Below are positions 1 to 8,392 of a stretch of DNA of 20,000 nucleotides, in pieces. The stretch lies in IMG/VR virus record IMGVR_UViG_3300031841_005832; one strand, given 5' to 3'. The stretch's first letter is position 1; each line of letters begins with the position of its first letter. The notes below the pieces were generated by a model. That model did not search any database, was not told where the DNA came from, and saw only the letters and a program-made list of their open reading frames with translations. A program made the translations under genes and the position numbers. This DNA is from an uncultured virus (IMG/VR IMGVR_UViG_3300031841_005832) (taxonomy: Duplodnaviria > Heunggongvirae > Uroviricota > Caudoviricetes).

Positions 1-187
1 TTACAAGCTTCTCGGCTTCGGGACCTGCTTTGGAGGCAGCCTGAGAAAGCTTCAGAGGAAACCTCTCTGGGTCGACTTTAGTTGGGTTTGCATCTTCTGA
101 AATGACGTCCTTGATAAGGCTCTTAAGCTCTTCAATTCTCAGCTTTTTTGGCACATCAAAATCGTATAGTTCTTTTAAAGTTTTCAT
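1..187 (-). CDS. Hypothetical protein, N-terminal part only (runs off the window edge)
   Basis: Not in the ORF track. ATG at 187 with GGAG SD upstream; the frame is open to position 1: MKTLKELYDFDVPKKLRIEELKSLIKDVISEDANPTK... Confidence 0.8.
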   Translation of the reverse strand, partial: MKTLKELYDFDVPKKLRIEELKSLIKDVISEDANPTKVDPERFPLKLSQAASKAGPEAEKLV

Positions 188-220
188 ATTTCTCCAGAAT
201 TTTAAATAACTGTCAACCTA

Positions 221-895
221 TTAAATATTCTTTCTGTAGGCTTTTAGCGCCCTTTCAAAATCGTAACCTTCTCCCACTATAATAGGGCTGTCTTCAGTTC
301 CTTTCCCAGAAGCCTGTTTTGACGACTTTAGATCAGATCTTGAATCAGGAGATTTTTCTCCCTTTGTACTTACTCCAATGTCCTTTGGCTCTAGGGCTTC
401 GGCGCCCTTTTCAACTCCAGTGAGTATTTGAGCTATCCCAGTCATGAAAGCTAGCAAAGTCTGCCTCTCAGATGTACTGAGTCCTTCAAAATACTGTTCA
501 AAAGATTCTTTGACGTCCGGGTCTTTTAGGGATTTCCCGCCTCTGAGTGCGTTGAGCTTATCAATAACAGATCCTAGAGTGGGAGCTTTTAGAACCTTTT
601 CTTTAGGGACTTTTAACTTCGGAGAATCCGCTGTACCTTTTCCGCCTGTTCGGTCTTCTCTTTTTTTATCCTCAGAGTCATCCTCTTCTTTTTCGGCTTC
701 ATCCTGAGTTCTTGGGTTCTCATCTGAGTCTGAGACGATGCCTCTATCTTTTACAGATTTCGCCATTCGCTCTTGTCTCTTTTTTTCCTCGTCTCCATCA
801 GAAGAGAGCTTTGTCTCAAGAACAGCTTTTACAGATCGACTAATCTCTCTGGTTATCAAGCTGTTTATATCATTTATTGACATTTTTCTTCCCAT
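221..895 (-). CDS. Hypothetical highly charged protein (possible virion-internal protein)
   Basis: 224 aa ORF in a tightly packed minus-strand run; acidic/basic low-complexity linkers; the second Met (883) is an alternative start. Confidence 0.8.
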   Translation of the reverse strand: MGRKMSINDINSLITREISRSVKAVLETKLSSDGDEEKKRQERMAKSVKDRGIVSDSDENPRTQDEAEKEEDDSEDKKREDRTGGKGTADSPKLKVPKEKVLKAPTLGSVIDKLNALRGGKSLKDPDVKESFEQYFEGLSTSERQTLLAFMTGIAQILTGVEKGAEALEPKDIGVSTKGEKSPDSRSDLKSSKQASGKGTEDSPIIVGEGYDFERALKAYRKNI

Positions 896-1058
896 GAGTA
901 ATTAAGTTTTGAGGAAGTTCCCTATAGAGCTTAGCAAGCTTTCTTGCATAGTTGTTTTCCTCTTGCTCTTGCAACCTTTCAAGCTCTTCAGTCCTAAGTC
1001 TATCTCTTTCTTCGATGTCTTTCATGAATTTTTCGAAGTCAAGCTTATACTGTTTCAT
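870..1058 (-). CDS. Small hypothetical coiled-coil protein
   Basis: 62 aa, GGAG SD about 8 nt upstream of ATG, overlaps both neighbours. Confidence 0.7.
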   Translation of the reverse strand: MKQYKLDFEKFMKDIEERDRLRTEELERLQEQEENNYARKLAKLYRELPQNLITHGKKNVNK

Positions 1059-1425
1059 TAAATATTCTCCGGGTCTTTATTGTTAAAAGATTGTTTTCCC
1101 ATGAAACTATCTCATTGGGTATCTGAATGAAATGTTCTCCTTCTATTTCTGCTTCAACGGAGTCTGATCTTAGTAGATCTCTTGTTGAAAGCGAAGGAAC
1201 CTCGAGAGTAAAAGAAAAAACTTTGTCCTCTATCTCTATCTTCTTCAAAGAAAAGATGTAACTCTTTCCTGAAATTGTTAGGTGATTTTCTTCGGAAGGT
1301 TTATCTTCAGAGATATCAGCAGATGAATGCTCGTCTAGACTTGATAAAACCCCTTCCAGGGATTTGCTGATTATCACATTCTCAGGGTTTCCTAAAACCC
1401 TTTCAAACTCTTTATCTGCAGTCAA
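1045..1425 (-). CDS. Hypothetical protein
   Basis: 126 aa, TTG start overlapping the end of the upstream gene; fills the gap in the operon. Confidence 0.7.
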   Translation of the reverse strand: MTADKEFERVLGNPENVIISKSLEGVLSSLDEHSSADISEDKPSEENHLTISGKSYIFSLKKIEIEDKVFSFTLEVPSLSTRDLLRSDSVEAEIEGEHFIQIPNEIVSWENNLLTIKTRRIFNETV

Positions 1426-1783
1426 AGTCTAAAACGTCCCTATAAATTCTATCGATCTGAACTGTGTATTCTTTGTCAAGATCAGTTATTCTGTTAATGT
1501 CTTTCGTGTAAATCTCTATGTTAACCTCTAGATGATCGATTCTCATCTGACCGTGATGATTAACATGATCTTCGTGCATCATGACTTCGGAAACAAAGCT
1601 GGCTAACCTCTTTCGAGAGACGAACTTAAATGTTTTCGAAAATCTTTCCGGATCTGTGTGTACTTCCCACGAGAACTTTTTTACTTGAACCGGTTGTAAA
1701 CTAGTGGGTATACCAAAAGGATCACGTCCAATTTCGGTGTTCTCAAAATATTCGTTCAAGAGTCTTTTTAAACTAGTTTTCAT
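1412..1783 (-). CDS. Pterin-4-alpha-carbinolamine dehydratase (PCD/DCoH)-like protein, degenerate
   Basis: Pattern W...KTFKF...FV...NHH...V.I.IYTKD..RITDLD...ID matches the PCD fold; canonical HHP and THD appear as HHG and TKD. Confidence 0.75.
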   Translation of the reverse strand: MKTSLKRLLNEYFENTEIGRDPFGIPTSLQPVQVKKFSWEVHTDPERFSKTFKFVSRKRLASFVSEVMMHEDHVNHHGQMRIDHLEVNIEIYTKDINRITDLDKEYTVQIDRIYRDVLDFDCR

Positions 1784-2908
1784 TCAACCCTCTGACGTCT
1801 TCTCCAGAGCCTGTTTAATAGCCTTAAGCCTCAATCCCTTAGAAGTGGACTGCCACTTGTCAAGCGATCTTTGAACGAGATCATCACTATATTCAACTGA
1901 TGCCTTAAGCGCAGGCAGAGCAGAAGAAATCTTTCTAGCTATTTCAGGTATGTCCTGTTCTTTTATCTCACCAGAATCGATCAATTTCTTGAGTCTCTTT
2001 AAAATAACTTCGGGCTTCTTAGATGAAGCACCTGTAACTTGATTGAATACTGTCTGATGAAGAGCGTCTGGAATTCCAAGATCTGAGATTTCTTTCTTGA
2101 GTTTCTTTGTAGCTTCTCTAACTACTTCTCTGTATGCAGGAAGAACAAAAGTCCCAACGAAGAAAAACCTAAAAGAATCTAATCCTTTTACCATATCGGG
2201 AGACTTTTGAAGGTCTCTGGCATCCTCTTCTTCGATGAAGTCGCCTTTTAGCAAGGTGTCGACATATTCTCCTACAGCATACTCCATGAGAGCGTTGAGG
2301 TCTTCTTCTGAAACTTTTTGAACAAAGTATTCGAGCCTGTTTGTTATTTTATCTATTTCTTGTCTAACTCCAGGAGCTCCGGAATATCCAAACTTTGCAG
2401 CAAGATCCTCAAGGCTCATGCCTTCGTTGTCTTCGGTCTCAGGCTCAGAGTCTCCGAAATAGTCAACCCCGCCAGTTCTATACTTGTCAAACTCTCTTTT
2501 GTCTTCGTCTGAAAGCATTTCTTTGAGGACGTTCTTTATCATTTTTTTAGATCTGGATTCGCTTACTTCTTTAGAGTCCAATTCTTCACCAGCCCTATCT
2601 GTTGAGTCGTCTAAGAGCTTGTGAAGCTGTCTATAGAAAAACTCTAACTGTCCTTGAGGTACCATTCTAGCTATAGCGCTAGCTGACTTAGAAAGCTCCT
2701 CTATGTTCCCAGGAACGTAATCTTCATCCTCTACAGGGGGCCTCTCAACAGAAAGCTGACTTGCCATTTGATTAGTAGGCATAATCGGAGCTGAATCGGG
2801 AACTGTATCTTCTGGTTCTTTGTCTAATTCAGCAACAGATCCCATAGGACCCGGCTTGTCGTAGATTCCATAAGCTATGTCTTCAAGAAATATATTTCTC
2901 TTTTTCAT
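1784..2908 (-). CDS. Hypothetical acidic protein with an internal HTH-like segment
   Basis: 374 aa, GAGGTG SD; MSLEDLAAKFGYSGAPGVRQ resembles a sigma region-4-type helix-turn-helix. Confidence 0.8.
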   Translation of the reverse strand: MKKRNIFLEDIAYGIYDKPGPMGSVAELDKEPEDTVPDSAPIMPTNQMASQLSVERPPVEDEDYVPGNIEELSKSASAIARMVPQGQLEFFYRQLHKLLDDSTDRAGEELDSKEVSESRSKKMIKNVLKEMLSDEDKREFDKYRTGGVDYFGDSEPETEDNEGMSLEDLAAKFGYSGAPGVRQEIDKITNRLEYFVQKVSEEDLNALMEYAVGEYVDTLLKGDFIEEEDARDLQKSPDMVKGLDSFRFFFVGTFVLPAYREVVREATKKLKKEISDLGIPDALHQTVFNQVTGASSKKPEVILKRLKKLIDSGEIKEQDIPEIARKISSALPALKASVEYSDDLVQRSLDKWQSTSKGLRLKAIKQALEKTSEG

Positions 2909-2929
2909 TTTTCACCTCAAGGGTAAGTA

Positions 2930-3385
2930 TTACTTTGCTTGCCCAATTGCGTATCCGGCAGCAGTTGTTATTCCGATGCCTGCTATTACGCCAAAAGCAA
3001 ACCAGAACTCTCCGCTCTCATACCACGCAGGGGGTCGATAATTGTCTTCCAGAAATTTAATTCTATCGTCTCTGACAGCTATCATTCCGGTGAGACGTTT
3101 TGTCTCGACTTCGAGCTTGAGATCAGACGTCTTGAGAAGGCCTTCAAACTTTATTTTAGAAAACTCTAGTTCCTTCTCAAGCCGAGCATCACATTCTTTT
3201 TTTGAATACTTGATATCTGCAAACAGTTTAGCAGCTGTTTCGTCAGAAAGTAGTATTCCTTTGAAAGGAGCTTCCTCTCCCGCTTTAAGCTCTGTGACTA
3301 AGCCCTCAGAGTAAGCATACAAGGGAGAAAAAATCACAGAGACAGAGCATACAATTGCAATTATTTGGCTAGTCTTTTTCCACAT
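2930..3385 (-). CDS. Putative lysis accessory (spanin-like) envelope protein
   Basis: N-terminal signal-peptide-like stretch, central coiled coil, C-terminal Gly-rich TM helix (FWFAFGVIAGIGITTAAGYAIG). ATG at 3385 preferred over GTG at 3394. Confidence 0.55.
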   Translation of the reverse strand: MWKKTSQIIAIVCSVSVIFSPLYAYSEGLVTELKAGEEAPFKGILLSDETAAKLFADIKYSKKECDARLEKELEFSKIKFEGLLKTSDLKLEVETKRLTGMIAVRDDRIKFLEDNYRPPAWYESGEFWFAFGVIAGIGITTAAGYAIGQAK

Positions 3386-3737
3386 ATTTGGCACCTAGTT
3401 CTTCAGCAAGCTTTCTGGCTAAGCTGTCGTCATGAGTCACTTCCTTCGCTAGTTCTTCCTTAGAAGCCTTGATCTCTTCTTCTTTTTTTTCATGACGAGA
3501 TCGTGCGTCTTCTAATTGATCAATCGTTGAGTCGGATATCTTCTCAAGTCCTGATGTTAGATCATTGATTGCATCATCATTAAGCTTGTTGTCTTTTTCG
3601 TGAGATTCATTTGCTTTTTGAAGAACTCTCTTCTGAGACCTTATTTTCAAGTACACAGAAAGTATTCCCAAGAGGCTGAGAATAGCTGCTAGAGCTATCT
3701 TCCACTTTTCTCTCAACCATATCCATACGTTACTCAT
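3369..3737 (-). CDS. Putative i-spanin-like membrane protein
   Basis: From ATG 3737: single N-terminal TM (IALAAILSLLGILSVYL) followed by a long coiled coil; overlaps the next gene as spanin pairs do. Confidence 0.55.
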   Translation of the reverse strand: MSNVWIWLREKWKIALAAILSLLGILSVYLKIRSQKRVLQKANESHEKDNKLNDDAINDLTSGLEKISDSTIDQLEDARSRHEKKEEEIKASKEELAKEVTHDDSLARKLAEELGAKYVEKD

Positions 3738-3747
3738 AAAAGCCTTC

Positions 3748-3945
3748 TTACTGCTTTCCGTGCTTCCACTGAACTGCAAGATCAACAAGAGCTTGTGACC
3801 CGATGTAAGCTAAAGTTACTGCTACCCAATCCCCACTGGTGACAGACCCTGAAAGGCACAAATAGGTAGCTGTGCCCCATGCTAGAAATTTTCTAGAAAT
3901 AAATCGTTCTGTATGTTTATCTAAAAATGCTTTTACCCTTGCCAT
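3748..3945 (-). CDS. Putative holin
   Basis: 65 aa, AGGAG SD, SRKF motif followed by two hydrophobic helices and a basic tail; sits directly upstream of spanin-like genes. Confidence 0.55.
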   Translation of the reverse strand: MARVKAFLDKHTERFISRKFLAWGTATYLCLSGSVTSGDWVAVTLAYIGSQALVDLAVQWKHGKQ

Positions 3946-3954
3946 TTCTTCTCC

Positions 3955-4227
3955 TTAGTGAAGATACCCTTTGTCGTCGTCTTCTTTAGAAAGAAGAGCT
4001 TCAAGAGGATCCTCTGTGGTTGCTGATTTGATTCCCTGTAGTGCAAACGTTGTCATTGATGCAGCAAGATGCTGTATGCAAACAGCTATGTCTGATATGT
4101 TTGTCTCGAGATCTTTATTTTTTTCTGAGAGCTCCTCGACGTCTTTTTGTAAGATTTCGATTCTTTTCTCAAGAACCTTGATCTTGCTAGAACTCCCCAG
4201 AGAAAGGATCGATGTGAGATATTGCAT
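3955..4227 (-). CDS. Hypothetical coiled-coil protein
   Basis: ORF 3955-4248; ATG 4227 (MQYLTSIL) shortens the overlap; heptad pattern LEKRIEILQKDVEELSEKNKDLE. Confidence 0.65.
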   Translation of the reverse strand: MQYLTSILSLGSSSKIKVLEKRIEILQKDVEELSEKNKDLETNISDIAVCIQHLAASMTTFALQGIKSATTEDPLEALLSKEDDDKGYLH

Positions 4228-4501
4228 CGTATAAGTCGTCCACTTCATTTTGATTTAGCTTCTCCAGTGTTTTTGATCTTTTAATATTTTTTGCTTCTAT
4301 CACGATCTCAAGGGCTCTCTTATCTTCTTCCCCTACTAGAAGGGCAAACCTTTCGAAAACTTCTTGCATCGAAAGACCGTGATCTAACAAAGTTTTTCTA
4401 AACTCAGAATGTGTTTTCTTTTTTAAATTTATGTGAACTGACTTCTTTGTTTCAAAATCAGTAAGCTTTTCTACTACTTTGTCACTCACTTGATCTTGCA
4501 C
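4187..4501 (-). CDS. Putative ribbon-helix-helix DNA-binding protein
   Basis: KKSVHINL (alternating beta strand), helix, then G-L-S-M-Q-E-V (GxS-helix) pattern. The true start may be GTG at 4489. Confidence 0.55.
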   Translation of the reverse strand: MQDQVSDKVVEKLTDFETKKSVHINLKKKTHSEFRKTLLDHGLSMQEVFERFALLVGEEDKRALEIVIEAKNIKRSKTLEKLNQNEVDDLYDAISHIDPFSGEF

Positions 4502-5075
4502 CCAAAGCTAACGGGACTTCTGCGTCGGAGCTTAGAGAGCTTGAGTCTTTTACTTCGACGTCATGCGACTTCTCAAGCTCATCTATCAGTGCGTCTCCGG
4601 CAGGATCTCCGTATCTGTCTACGAGAAATTCTTTTGCCCGAGAAACTAAAATACCTTCAATGTCAAGAAGGTTTTCATAATTTTTTACGAGACGAGCAAC
4701 GTTTGCTGCAAATGAATCTATATTGATGTCATCGATGTCAGACTCTTCGTACAAGAGTCGTATTGAATTCTGATTGGACTCAGACTGTATCGCTTGCTTC
4801 CTAGCATCTGTCTCGAAGTCTATAAAGATGGCATTCAAGTCAGCATCCAGGGAGTTTTCGTAAGAGCCTTTCTTTTCTTCGGATTCTTCCTCAGCCTCTT
4901 CTTCGGTTTCTTCCTCAGTTTCTTCCTCAGTTTCTTCCTCAGTTTCTTCTTCGGTTTCTTCTTCGGTTTCTTCTTCGGTTTCTTCTTCGGTTTCTTCCTC
5001 AGTTTCTTCTTAGTCGCCAGGGGCTTCTGATAAGATCTTTATGCCGCCTCTGTATATCAATTCGATGTCTGACAT
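4482..5075 (-). pseudogene. Acidic hypothetical gene interrupted by one in-frame TAA (codon 22, 5010-5012)
   Basis: ATG 5075 with AGGAG SD is in frame with ORF 4482-4838 and reads MSDIELIYRGGIKILSEAPGD*EETEEETEEE...SLDADLNAIFIDFE. Could be a nonsense allele or a base-call error. Confidence 0.7.
4875..5012. repeat. 12-bp tandem repeat, 11 units (TTCYTCRGTTTC on +), encoding (EETE)n on the minus strand
   Basis: Nine clean units of two variants at 4899-5006 plus two degenerate units at 4875-4898, read directly. Confidence 0.95.
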
Positions 5076-5085
5076 CTTGATTCTC

Positions 5086-5766
5086 CTATGCAGTCAGAGT
5101 CTTTGAAGATTTTTCAATTCTCTTAATTCTCTTTTCAATAACTTCCCAGTCAAACTCTTTCATCATTCTTAAGACGTACGATCTTCTGTCGTCTAGGTAG
5201 TCTCTGTAGTAGGCGCCTTCTGCGACGTCAAGAGATATTACAGGAAGGAAACCAATGGGAACGTTTAAAGACTCAGTGTCAACAACTATGTTCATATACC
5301 TTTTAAGAAAAGTAGAATAGCCAGTGACAGCATATCCGTCTCTTGACGACATTGCGCAAGCTATGAAATCTTTTTGCCAAGCATCAAAACCCCCGAAGTC
5401 TCTTTCGAGTCTAAGAAAACTCATCATATCCATAGTCAGAGAACTCTTTAGATCTGAGATGTTTTCAAAATGTAAAGCTCTTAAAAAAGCAGCATTCATA
5501 CAGTGAGACTCGTCTATTTTTAATCCCCTGAATTTGCTTTTCTTATCACTCGCAGCATCTCTATCTACAGTATCTAGCTGCGCACTGATTTCATTTAACT
5601 GATCTACGAATTTCTCGAAGTCTTTCTGTCTAGCCACTTTTACCTTCTCTGACAGTGACTCAGTATTTAGACTGAATTTTTTTGCCTGAGTTACGTAAGC
5701 TTCCTCTAGAACTCCAGAAAGAGATTCATTGATGACTCTTTTTAAATCTTTCTTTATGTCAGACAT
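5086..5766 (-). CDS. Fe/Mn superoxide dismutase-fold protein, probably catalytically inactive
   Basis: ERDFGGFDAWQKDF, LPVISLDVAEGAYYRDY and DWEVIEKR match the Fe/Mn-SOD C-domain (canonical DxWEHAYY); His ligands are replaced. Confidence 0.8.
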   Translation of the reverse strand: MSDIKKDLKRVINESLSGVLEEAYVTQAKKFSLNTESLSEKVKVARQKDFEKFVDQLNEISAQLDTVDRDAASDKKSKFRGLKIDESHCMNAAFLRALHFENISDLKSSLTMDMMSFLRLERDFGGFDAWQKDFIACAMSSRDGYAVTGYSTFLKRYMNIVVDTESLNVPIGFLPVISLDVAEGAYYRDYLDDRRSYVLRMMKEFDWEVIEKRIKRIEKSSKTLTA

Positions 5767-6120
5767 TTATTTGACCTCGTATTCTTTTTCAAATTCACTT
5801 TTAGGAACAGCCAAGAGATCTTCTTCAGACTCAGGCTCTTCTTCGTCGGGCTCATAAATTTCAACGCTAGGATCTACCTCATAAAGAACTGATCCTCCGC
5901 TAAGATCTTTCATTAAGTCAGGAGAGGCAACTTGATCTTCTTGATCTATTCTAGGCTCTTCGGGCATCCTCAAAAGAACTACAAGCTCTCCGGCGTCGTC
6001 TTTCGCAACAGAGTCTACAGTATACTCGTACTGAGACTTTTTGTGTCGAACTTTTAAGTCAGGGGATATCACGATGTTTCCGTGCTTATCCTCTAGATCC
6101 ATTTCGTTTATTTTAGTCAT
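5767..6120 (-). CDS. Hypothetical acidic protein
   Basis: 117 aa, ATGA overlap with the upstream gene, abuts the downstream gene. Confidence 0.75.
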   Translation of the reverse strand: MTKINEMDLEDKHGNIVISPDLKVRHKKSQYEYTVDSVAKDDAGELVVLLRMPEEPRIDQEDQVASPDLMKDLSGGSVLYEVDPSVEIYEPDEEEPESEEDLLAVPKSEFEKEYEVK

Positions 6121-8339
6121 TTTATGGTTCCTGCCATTTTGTTCATTCTGTAGGCCATCATCTCTACCTCTGAATATTTCTCCTGAGATTCAACTAGAAC
6201 CTTGTCAAAGTCTTTATAGAATTTTCTGTTAAGAAATTCAAAAACTATCTTTTCAACATTTGACTCATTTAGAAAAAACTTAGATTCATTTGATTTTTTG
6301 ATCATTGATCCTACAAGCTGAGGTATTAACTGCTGAAGAGAGTCGAAGTTCTTTTTAGCGAACCTTCTGCTTTTTACAAGTGTTTCTTCGTGCTCTGCTC
6401 TCCATTTTTTAATAGCATTGGCAACTTGTCTCTCGACTGACTTCGCGGTTTTATCTAAGCCAGTCTGAACGAGACCCTTGAGCTGATCTAACCTTTTCTT
6501 GGAAGTCAGTGACTTTTGGCTCGTGGCAGAAAGACCTCCCATCCAAGAGTCCAAGGCGCCTAGGGCTGCATCTGTAGGGCTCTGACTTTGACCTTCTTCT
6601 TCTTTCACTGCGGCTTCAAGTTCTGCCTGAACTTCTTGTTGCTCTTCTTTTGCTTCAGCAGGAGCAGCCGGTGCTGGTTCATCAGCTGCAGCTGTTGCAT
6701 CTCCTTCAATCTTCTCTCCCAGCTTAGAGGCCGGAAATCTGAAAGGCGGCTTCTTGAAACCGCCCTTGCCGTCTGACCTCATAGCAAAAACATCACCATC
6801 GTCGAAGATTTTTTCAATTTTAACAACCAGCTCTTTGCCTTTGTTGGTAGTGTAGTTGTAAATTTCTCCAACCTCAGCTTTGGGACCCTCATCTTTCTTT
6901 TCTTCTGGGACTCCCGTTACTTCAACTTCAGCAGAAGCAAGAGTATCAGCCATCGATCTAGCGAGAGAATTCTGAACAGATTCGTCGTCTGATGCCTTGT
7001 CTGCTGCCTTGGACAAGGTATCGAAAGGAACGTCTTCGAAAAGAAAAGGAAGAATTCTTCTTGACATTATGCTCTCGTCAATGTTTATCTTTCCTTGAAT
7101 AGCATCCTGAAATGCCTTGTCGTCCTTCAGAGCATCAACAAACTTCTGAGCTGACTCTTTGTTTTCAGATGCATCGACGTACTTCTTAGATATCTCAGAC
7201 CACTTCTGGCCGGCTTTCTCTTCAGAGGGTTCTTCTGCAGGTGTTTCGGCGGCAGGTTCTAGTCCTTCTTCCGCGGCTTCTTCTGCAACATCCTTGGGAT
7301 CTTTTCCTTTTGCTAAGTCTTCTGCGTCATCTGCAAGAGCTGCCTTTACTTCCTTGTCCGAGGCGTTTGCAAAGTCAGAAGGAAGTTTCCCTCCATTTGC
7401 ATCTTTAAGCATCCCTAAGAGATAATCTATTCTCTCGTCTGATGTCATCTTTCTTGGGTCGTAATCTCCTGCGCCCGTTCCTCCCGCACCAGCTCCCTTT
7501 TCAGAAGCAGCCTCCTCTGACTCAACTGCGTCTTGAGCAACATCGTCAAGATCTTTCATAGGAACTTTAGTGTCCTTAAGATCAGCAGCGTCGAAAACTG
7601 ACAAAGAAGTGTCCATTATAGCATCTGCCAGCTCTTGAGAAGCTACCTTGGCGTCAAGAGTAGGGATTGACTTAAGAATTTTACCTTGAGCACCGGGCAT
7701 GTTTTTAGCGAAAAAACCTTTGAGCTTTGCAAGAAAGCCCTGGGGTTTCATAGACTTCTCTATGGCTTTCTGAATTCCCTTTGTTAGTTTCGCTTCATCA
7801 GGAATTCCGCCCTGTCCGGCGATGTCTCTAAGAGGGGCGTTTTTAATTGAATCATCTTTTGCCAATGGAACTAGATTGTCTTCTATGTTCTGTAGGGCAT
7901 CGGTAAAACCTGTTAAGAACTGATTTGCCTTTGTCTGAATTGCTATCGCGGCCTTGGCAATTCCTGGCGCAGACATCTTACTTCCCATAAAGCTAGCTAT
8001 TTTTCCAGAGTCAAAATTAACTGCAGCAAAATCGCCCTGAGCTTTGTCTATCGCAGTCCCTAGGTCGGTTATCATCTTGGTCACAGAAGGAATCTTAGTT
8101 ACATCCAGACCTTTTGACTTAAGGCCGTTAAGATAGTCTTCAAGCTTTTTAATCTGTTGTCTAGAACCATCTAGTGCGGATTTTACCTTCGCAGCCTCAG
8201 CCTTGTCTATTTTCTCAGAAATCAAAAATCTTAAAGATCCCTCTGTAAGGGAGTGTTCAGCCTCTTCTATATAATGAGCTTTTGTGAATATTCTATTAAG
8301 CTCAGGGTCAGAAGATACCTCTATTAATTTTTCTTGCAT
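6117..8339 (-). CDS. Large Ala/Glu/Lys-rich hypothetical protein (possible internal head protein)
   Basis: ORF 6117-8354; ATG 8339 has a GAGG SD; helical blocks separated by acidic/Pro-Ala linkers; ends RMNKMAGTIK. Confidence 0.85.
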   Translation of the reverse strand: MQEKLIEVSSDPELNRIFTKAHYIEEAEHSLTEGSLRFLISEKIDKAEAAKVKSALDGSRQQIKKLEDYLNGLKSKGLDVTKIPSVTKMITDLGTAIDKAQGDFAAVNFDSGKIASFMGSKMSAPGIAKAAIAIQTKANQFLTGFTDALQNIEDNLVPLAKDDSIKNAPLRDIAGQGGIPDEAKLTKGIQKAIEKSMKPQGFLAKLKGFFAKNMPGAQGKILKSIPTLDAKVASQELADAIMDTSLSVFDAADLKDTKVPMKDLDDVAQDAVESEEAASEKGAGAGGTGAGDYDPRKMTSDERIDYLLGMLKDANGGKLPSDFANASDKEVKAALADDAEDLAKGKDPKDVAEEAAEEGLEPAAETPAEEPSEEKAGQKWSEISKKYVDASENKESAQKFVDALKDDKAFQDAIQGKINIDESIMSRRILPFLFEDVPFDTLSKAADKASDDESVQNSLARSMADTLASAEVEVTGVPEEKKDEGPKAEVGEIYNYTTNKGKELVVKIEKIFDDGDVFAMRSDGKGGFKKPPFRFPASKLGEKIEGDATAAADEPAPAAPAEAKEEQQEVQAELEAAVKEEEGQSQSPTDAALGALDSWMGGLSATSQKSLTSKKRLDQLKGLVQTGLDKTAKSVERQVANAIKKWRAEHEETLVKSRRFAKKNFDSLQQLIPQLVGSMIKKSNESKFFLNESNVEKIVFEFLNRKFYKDFDKVLVESQEKYSEVEMMAYRMNKMAGTIK

Positions 8340-8375
8340 TGAAAACCTCAACAATGTCGCAATGATAGTCTGTTA

Positions 8376-8382
8376 TAAGTAT
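8376..8382 (-). promoter_or_regulatory. ATAYTTA motif (candidate phage late promoter); copies also at 222-228, 1059-1065, 2924-2930, 10282-10288
   Basis: The same 7-mer is found on the coding strand shortly upstream of five start codons. Confidence 0.5.
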
Positions 8383-8392
8383 CAAGCGGAAG

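Noticed and set aside
211..216. Perfect TTGACA on the minus strand
   Set aside because: No -10 box at 16-18 nt spacing; the nearby TAAAAT is only about 6 nt away.
4875..5012. Possible CRISPR array or origin iterons
   Set aside because: Units are contiguous 12-mers without spacers and vary mainly at synonymous positions of the EETE frame.
4794..5030. Plus-strand poly-Phe ORF that looks like a membrane peptide
   Set aside because: It is the antisense of the Glu-rich 12-bp repeat.
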